Shown: positions 58,564 to 64,000 of the stretch, piece by piece | How positions within the stretch are numbered: position 1 is the stretch's first letter | Layout of the letters: the number at the start of each line of letters is the position of its first letter | Assembly (NCBI GenBank): GCA_041690295.1 | Contig: JAWLHR010000010.1 | Span: 43,580 to 107,579, forward strand | DNA length: 64,000 nucleotides | From: Bdellovibrionales bacterium | GTDB taxonomy: Bacteria > Bdellovibrionota > Bdellovibrionia > Bdellovibrionales > UBA1609 | Direction of reading: 5' to 3' | Translations under genes and position numbers: made by a program | Notes under the pieces: generated by a model | Seen by the model: only the letters and a program-made list of their open reading frames with translations | What the model was told of the DNA's origin: nothing | Databases searched by the model: none

Positions 58564-58702
58564 CCTCCGCTAGATCCAAATCTCCCAGCACAAGGATTGT
58601 TTGTAAAGCGGGACGAATGAAACTTCATATGGATTTCACCGGATTTTCATATTGAGTCTTGACGCAAAAGACAATTCTGCCATCCTAAATGCAGGGGGCA
58701 GA

Positions 58703-60061
58703 ATGAAAATTCATCATTACATTGGATTGATCTCGCTCGTCGCTTTGATTTGGACATTTACCGCGCAGGCCAATGTGGTGGGCGCTGACACGCAGAATTT
58801 CAATCCCACCAATGACGGATTGGACTTCGTCACGGTGCACTCCTCGGAGACGTTGAGCCCGGGTCTCTTGAACCTGGGATTTTTCCTCAACTACGCGGTG
58901 AACAGCTTGCCCAATTACGAAGACACCTCCACTCAATCGCGCACCAACTTTCGCGACTCGCTCTTGTCGGCCGACTTTAACTTCGCCGTCGGTCTCATGA
59001 AAAACTGGGAAGCGGGTATGAGTTTTCCCATGTTGCTCAATCAAAGCGTGGACAGTGATGTGGCCACGTTTCGCGGTGAGTTCGCCCGTAATGGACTCAC
59101 GGAAATCCGGGTCATGACGAAGTATCGCTTTTTTGGTGACCAGGACCATGGTCTGGCCGCGGTTCTCTCGGCCAACATCAATCAAATCGAGGACAATCCG
59201 TTCCTTGGTGATAATCCCGGTCCGACCATCAACGTGGAATTGGCGGCGGACCGCACGTTCGGAAAATTCGCCGTGGGCGTGAACGCGGGATACCGCTTTC
59301 GCAATCCCGGCACCCAATTGGCGAATGTTCCGGTTCGGCCCTACGATGACGAGTACATCGGCTCATTGGCGGTCAGCTACTTGACCGGATGGGATACCAA
59401 AATCATCGCCGAAATTTTCGGCAGCTTCCCGGCGGAATCCCGTGATTTTGTTTCCGACCGCGAGGATCACACGGCGGAATTCCTGCTCGGCATGAAAACC
59501 GACCTCACCCGATCGCTGGCTTTTCACATCGGCGGTGGCACCGAAGTTTTTCACGGGACCGCGTCGCCGGATTGGCGGTTGTATTCCGGCGTGAACTGGG
59601 TGATCGGACCTTTGTTCTCCCGTCCGCGCAACGTGATCGTGCGGGTGAAGGATCAGCCGTTGAAATCACTTGAAGACATCGATACCGAGGATCCCTTCGC
59701 CGGTGATCCCAATGCCAACGAGGCGTTCCTGGCGCGTGACGTTCTTTTTGAATTCGATTCGGATGCGTTGCAACCCGAAGCCGAAGAGAGTTTGCGCAAG
59801 CTTGTGGCTTACCTGCGGCGCCCACCCGGATTCAAATCCCTCGTGATCGAAGGGCATACGGACTCCATCGGTAGCGCCGCCTACAATATGAACCTCAGTC
59901 AGCGGCGGGCGAACTCCGTGCGCCGAACCCTGATCAAGCTGGGGCTTGATCCCAAGAAGGTGGAAGCCATCGGTTACGGTGAATCGCGGCCCATCGCCGA
60001 CAATGGTAACTTCCAGGGTCGGGCGCTGAACCGCCGGGTGGAATTCAAAGTTCGACGGTAA
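58703..60061 (+). CDS. OmpA family outer-membrane protein
   Basis: Signal peptide ending AQA; beta-barrel; VLFEFDS, IEGHTDSIG, LSQRRA, NRRVEF. Confidence 0.92.
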   Translation: MKIHHYIGLISLVALIWTFTAQANVVGADTQNFNPTNDGLDFVTVHSSETLSPGLLNLGFFLNYAVNSLPNYEDTSTQSRTNFRDSLLSADFNFAVGLMKNWEAGMSFPMLLNQSVDSDVATFRGEFARNGLTEIRVMTKYRFFGDQDHGLAAVLSANINQIEDNPFLGDNPGPTINVELAADRTFGKFAVGVNAGYRFRNPGTQLANVPVRPYDDEYIGSLAVSYLTGWDTKIIAEIFGSFPAESRDFVSDREDHTAEFLLGMKTDLTRSLAFHIGGGTEVFHGTASPDWRLYSGVNWVIGPLFSRPRNVIVRVKDQPLKSLEDIDTEDPFAGDPNANEAFLARDVLFEFDSDALQPEAEESLRKLVAYLRRPPGFKSLVIEGHTDSIGSAAYNMNLSQRRANSVRRTLIKLGLDPKKVEAIGYGESRPIADNGNFQGRALNRRVEFKVRR

Positions 60062-60091
60062 AAAAAATGGGAGCGTTTTCACGCTCCCATT
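60059..60091 (-). terminator. Intrinsic terminator (possibly bidirectional)
   Basis: AATGGGAGCG-TTTTCA-CGCTCCCATT with an A-tract on its left, between convergent genes. Confidence 0.85.
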
Positions 60092-60117
60092 CGAAGTTCA
60101 GATCAATTGCGCTGACC

Positions 60118-62247
60118 TTAGGTCTCGGGCGCGGATTGCGGCGGCAGGACGGCGGGCGGTTGCGTCTGCGAGACCGGTTTCATGTCTTTCGCTTCCCAAG
60201 GAGCACCCGTTTCGGGGTTGATATCCGAGCGGGTCCAGAAGGACATTTGCACCTTTCCTTCTTCCAAGCCATGGGCTTTGAGAAGTGTCTCAAGCGCGTT
60301 CGGATCCACGCTGACTTCAGCGTAGGGCGTATGGCGTCCGCGCGTGTCCACCATCGAGCGGAACTGGATCGGTCCCATAACGCCTTCCGGGCAAGCGGTG
60401 TTACCGCCGCAGGCGCCGGAGAACGTACCGACGATGCGTCCCTGCGGATCAAGAATGTTGACCTGCATGCTTGTGTAGTTGATCGCGTCGGGGTGAATGT
60501 TCTTCTGATCGCAGCGGTACACGTGATTGTACTTCATTTTGAAGTGAGCGTACTTGCCCAAAGCGTCCAATTCGGTCGCGAATTCACTGTTGCGCAGGTA
60601 AACGTTCGCCAAATCGGCCATTTGTCCGTTACCGGCGAGTTGAACCAGGTCAATGATTCCATGACCCATTTCGTTTTCGTCTTCCACGCGGTTACGCAGC
60701 GATTCGGGAACCGGAGTGGTGTAAACGATCGCGTTCACCATGAGCTTGGACTTGTCTTGCTTCAAGCTCATCAGCGCGTCGTAAACATGGCCGGGGGTCA
60801 GAGGCTTGCCTTTGACCGCCTTGGCGCAAACGCTGTTGAAGAATCGCGTCTCATAAGGATCGGGAATGGTTTCCGTAACACCTTTTGAGTTCTTGATGGT
60901 CTTCAACGTCGGCTGATACTCGGTGCCGCTGTAATCAAAGCAGACGTCCTGCTCGTCGGTCACGAAAACAACCGCCAGAGCCGCGTCGTCACGGAAGAGA
61001 CCCTGCTTCTTGATACGGCCGAGCAGCGAAGGCGTGCGAATCGCGTTGTAAAGGCTGAGCATCATGGCTTCACCCTGCGCGCCACCGCTTTCGTTGGGCA
61101 CTTGGCGCATCTTGCGTTCCATGATTTGACCCAATTGCTCTTCAATCTGAGCGCGAGACATGCCTTTTTTAGCGAGCGCTTTGTAATCGACCACGGCCGG
61201 ATCACCTTTACCCGCTTGGAAAAGCTTGCCATGGTAGCTTGTCGCCGGGCCATGACCGAGCATCACGCCGATGCGGTAATCCGTCTGCGGATCCAGATTC
61301 TTCACGAAGTGTTTCATGCCGCGGCCGATTTGGACCAGCTCTCCGTCTTCCAGAGTTCCGGTTCCACCGCGACGGAGCGACGCCGAGGTGTCGACCACGA
61401 ACAAGATATCCAATTTCGTGCGCGTGCGATCCACGCGAAGTTCGGCCGTGCACTGACCTTTGATCGGCTCGGGCGGCACGCACTGCATGTTCTCACGGCA
61501 ATCCTCGGCCGGTGGCGGAGGCAACGGCTGAGTGATCTGAGTGCCGCAACCATTGGGATCGTCACAGGGCTTCGGGGCCTGAGGAACCGGTTTCGGTTCA
61601 TCCCAGTTGATGGTGGTCTTCGGTGCGGGCGGCAACGCCGGTTGAGGCGGTGGCGGCTCGTTGAAAGTAATAGGAATGTCCGGAACCGCCGGAACCTGCG
61701 GCGTCGGCTGCAAAGGCGGACGCACAGGAGCGGGGGGTACGGGCGCCGGCGGAGGTGTGGGCGGCGGTTCATTCAGAGTGATCGGTGGCGGTTGAACCGG
61801 TACAGGTTGCGCTGTGGGCACCGGAGCTGGCACCGGCGGCGGAGGTGTGGGAACAACCGTAGGATTCGGAGTTGGAGCCGGAGGAGGAGCGGGCACCGGT
61901 GTGGGAACAGGAAGTGGCGGCGGAGGAGTGGGCACCGGTGTGGGAACGGGAGGCGGAGGTGTGGGAATCACGGGCGTTTGCGGAATCGGAGTGGGTGTGG
62001 GCACCGGAGCTGGCGGCGGTGGCGGCACCGGAACCGGAGGCTGCGTGATCACTCCAGTGTAATCATCGGTTGGAACATTCGGTGGCGGAGTGACCGGAAC
62101 CGGATTCACGGGCGGTTGCACCGGTGTCTGCGGTGTCGGCGCTTGAACCGCGGGTGCTGGTTTGCCGGAGAACTTGGCGTCTTGGCAACCCACCAATCCC
62201 AAGTTCAATCCTAGGAACGCAATGAACAACATACGTGACATAAACAC
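60118..62247 (-). CDS. Proline-rich stalked vWA lipoprotein (CglB-like adhesin)
   Basis: Lipobox LVGC; about 230 aa Pro-rich linker; DILFVVDTSAS MIDAS; VFVTDEQD. Confidence 0.8.
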   Translation of the reverse strand: MFMSRMLFIAFLGLNLGLVGCQDAKFSGKPAPAVQAPTPQTPVQPPVNPVPVTPPPNVPTDDYTGVITQPPVPVPPPPPAPVPTPTPIPQTPVIPTPPPPVPTPVPTPPPPLPVPTPVPAPPPAPTPNPTVVPTPPPPVPAPVPTAQPVPVQPPPITLNEPPPTPPPAPVPPAPVRPPLQPTPQVPAVPDIPITFNEPPPPQPALPPAPKTTINWDEPKPVPQAPKPCDDPNGCGTQITQPLPPPPAEDCRENMQCVPPEPIKGQCTAELRVDRTRTKLDILFVVDTSASLRRGGTGTLEDGELVQIGRGMKHFVKNLDPQTDYRIGVMLGHGPATSYHGKLFQAGKGDPAVVDYKALAKKGMSRAQIEEQLGQIMERKMRQVPNESGGAQGEAMMLSLYNAIRTPSLLGRIKKQGLFRDDAALAVVFVTDEQDVCFDYSGTEYQPTLKTIKNSKGVTETIPDPYETRFFNSVCAKAVKGKPLTPGHVYDALMSLKQDKSKLMVNAIVYTTPVPESLRNRVEDENEMGHGIIDLVQLAGNGQMADLANVYLRNSEFATELDALGKYAHFKMKYNHVYRCDQKNIHPDAINYTSMQVNILDPQGRIVGTFSGACGGNTACPEGVMGPIQFRSMVDTRGRHTPYAEVSVDPNALETLLKAHGLEEGKVQMSFWTRSDINPETGAPWEAKDMKPVSQTQPPAVLPPQSAPET
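61510..62160 (-). repeat. Low-complexity Pro/Val/Thr coding repeats
   Basis: Recurrent GGCACCGG(T/A/C)G and GGAGGTGTGGG units encoding PTPPPPVP-like motifs. Confidence 0.8.
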
Positions 62248-62308
62248 AAACCTCGTCCTCTGTTATGTATAGGCGGCGGCACACACCGCCCCTCAGGTCG
62301 GGTGAAAA

Positions 62309-62325
62309 ATGCAATCCAATGACCA
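62309..62325 (-). promoter_or_regulatory. Putative sigma54 promoter
   Basis: Minus strand TGGTCATTGGATTGCAT = GG-N10-GC upstream of the vWA lipoprotein. Confidence 0.6.
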
Positions 62326-62486
62326 TTCTTCACATACGTCTTCGCGCGCTAATTTCGATTTGACATTTTGATGAGTGACATTCTTCGTCACTTCCCGCGA
62401 AAATGCGTCATGTGCCCGCCAGCTTTTGACAATGATCAGGGCGCTCAATAACTTCACTGAGTCGGGCCAAGAGGGGGGAAGATCAG

Positions 62487-62960
62487 ATGTTAAAATATAG
62501 ATTCAACTCGAAGATCCGCGTTTTCGCCCTCATCGCCTTAATGATGATTTCGTACTCGGCTGTCTCGGTGGTGCGAGCGGTTTCGCTGCCGGAACTCGAA
62601 GCGGGCGAAGATAAGGTTTTGCCCATTGATTCCACGGCACCGGATGTCCCATGCGACCAGATTCAACAAAGACTGGAGAGTTTCCACCGGATGTCCAATG
62701 ACCACCATTCCAGCGTGGCCACCTTCCTGGGACAGGTGGAACAAAAGCTGAATGAGTGGCACTCCCTTTTGTCGCCGTTGGAGGAAACCAACCAAAATCT
62801 TCCCGCCGGCACCTTTTGGCCCCTGCAGGACGGTGCTCAAAAAGTGGCTATGATCACTGATCGGGCGTGGGAAAACTCCTTTTTGCTCGCCAATGAGTTG
62901 GACCGCATCATCTTTTCGCTCCGCTCATGCGCGTTGACGCCCAAGCCGGCCAAACCCTAA
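62487..62960 (+). CDS. Exported helical hypothetical protein
   Basis: AGAGGGGG SD; N-terminal hydrophobic segment; two Cys. Confidence 0.7.
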   Translation: MLKYRFNSKIRVFALIALMMISYSAVSVVRAVSLPELEAGEDKVLPIDSTAPDVPCDQIQQRLESFHRMSNDHHSSVATFLGQVEQKLNEWHSLLSPLEETNQNLPAGTFWPLQDGAQKVAMITDRAWENSFLLANELDRIIFSLRSCALTPKPAKP

Positions 62961-62988
62961 TATAAACTCATCTTACAAGCGGGAATCT

Positions 62989-63417
62989 ATGGCGGCGGCA
63001 TCAACAACAGAAGTGTTTCATTGTACTCCGGAGCAGTTTTACGCGATTGTTTCCGACTACGAAAAATATCCTGAATTTTTGGCCGAGGTAAAAGGTTGCA
63101 AAGTCTTGAAGAGCGAAGGCAACCGAAAGCTTGTGGAGTTTCAGGTATCGGTGATCAAGAATTTCACTTATCGGCTCTGGATGACCGAGGAGCCCGGCAA
63201 GCGCATCACATGGACATTTGAGTCCGGTGATATTTTTAAAACTTCAACAGGCTCCTGGGAATTGGCGGATTTAGGCGGCAAGACTCAGGCTAAATATTCG
63301 GTGGACGCCACTTTTAAATTGTTCGTGCCCGGCCCAGTGGCCAAAGCGTTGGTGAACGTGAATCTGCCCAATATGATGAAGGCCTATCACAACCGCATAA
63401 AGGCCACCTATGGATAA
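62989..63417 (+). CDS. SRPBCC / RatA-COQ10-like protein
   Basis: FYAIVSDYEKYPEFL, G.F....GSW. Confidence 0.85.
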   Translation: MAAASTTEVFHCTPEQFYAIVSDYEKYPEFLAEVKGCKVLKSEGNRKLVEFQVSVIKNFTYRLWMTEEPGKRITWTFESGDIFKTSTGSWELADLGGKTQAKYSVDATFKLFVPGPVAKALVNVNLPNMMKAYHNRIKATYG

Positions 63418-63805
63418 ATCCAAGAATAAGAGCAAAGGCCACGATGAGTTTGAGGATGAAGGTCTGCCCAAATGGGGCGAGATGCTGCGCAAGGTGATGA
63501 GCGTGGGTCTCGGCGCCGCCTTTATGACCGAGGAATCGGTGAGGAGCGCGCTCAGCGGCCTGAATTTGCCCAAGGAAGTGCTGACGTCGATCCTTCAGGG
63601 CGCCAATCGTTCCAAAGAGGAATTCCTTAACAAAGTGGGAAACGAAACCATCCGCCTTTTATCGAAGATCGATTTCGTCAAAGAAGCTTCGCGTTTTGTT
63701 GAAGAACATAAGTTCCGGATTCAGGCGGAAATCGAAGTGGTCAAAAAGACGCCCAATGGGGAATCCAGTCTCAGTCTGGACACATCAGTTAAAATTAAAG
63801 ATTAA
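63410..63805 (+). CDS. Hypothetical protein (phasin-like N-terminus)
   Basis: GLGAAFMTEE motif; overlaps the upstream gene. Confidence 0.7.
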   Translation: MDKSKNKSKGHDEFEDEGLPKWGEMLRKVMSVGLGAAFMTEESVRSALSGLNLPKEVLTSILQGANRSKEEFLNKVGNETIRLLSKIDFVKEASRFVEEHKFRIQAEIEVVKKTPNGESSLSLDTSVKIKD

Positions 63806-64000
63806 GAACTGCCCCACTAGCCTGCAGCTAATGGCCCCGCCCGAATCATATTATTGTGATAAACCGCATAGATGGCGAGATGAAGGCGCAATCTATTAGG
63901 AATTTTCGTTGTGCACCAAGTCTTCCGCACTAGCCTATTGATATTGGCTCGAAGCATCGCACACGTGTGATTCAAACTAAAAAGCGGATCAAATCGGATC
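63805..64000 (-). mobile_element. Right end of a second copy of the IS1-like element (truncated by the window edge)
   Basis: Identical 23-bp IR at 63805-63827. Reverse complement is near-identical to 40120-40311 and reads in frame ..HTCAMLRANINRLVRKTWCTTK..YHNNMIRAGPLAAG*. Confidence 0.85.

Noticed and set aside
61102..62214. Arg/Gly-rich plus-strand ORFs and a possible CRISPR-like repeat
   Set aside because: Antisense of Pro-rich codons; the repeats are irregular, with no constant repeat-spacer period and no cas genes

Overview
This is a gene-dense bacterial chromosome segment of moderately high GC. Its content includes many signal-peptide hypotheticals, PilZ and HD-GYP proteins, a CglB-like vWA lipoprotein, GTP-PEPCK and a GT22-like mannosyltransferase, which suggests a predatory Bdellovibrionota. 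That assignment is inferred, not proven. Most of the window is housekeeping, envelope and signalling genes (pdxH, ROK kinase, ETF-QO, pckG, glpX, pgsA, peptide ABC subunits, subtilase, SulP, CvrA, tRNA-Gly). It also has two copies of an IS1-like element with 23-bp inverted repeats. The standout locus is a translationally coupled minus-strand operon at 16955->6951, preceded by a sigma54-like promoter. It encodes a ClpB/Hsp100 ATPase whose N-domain is replaced by a Sec-type signal peptide, followed by four large signal-peptide proteins with membrane-inserting hydrophobic hairpins. This is a candidate exported, motor-driven translocon or pore system, analogous to the Plasmodium PTEX complex. A second notable locus is a GT9-GT22-PAP2 operon that could make phosphate-free, mannosylated lipid A. 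All calls come from motif recognition by eye; no database searches were run.
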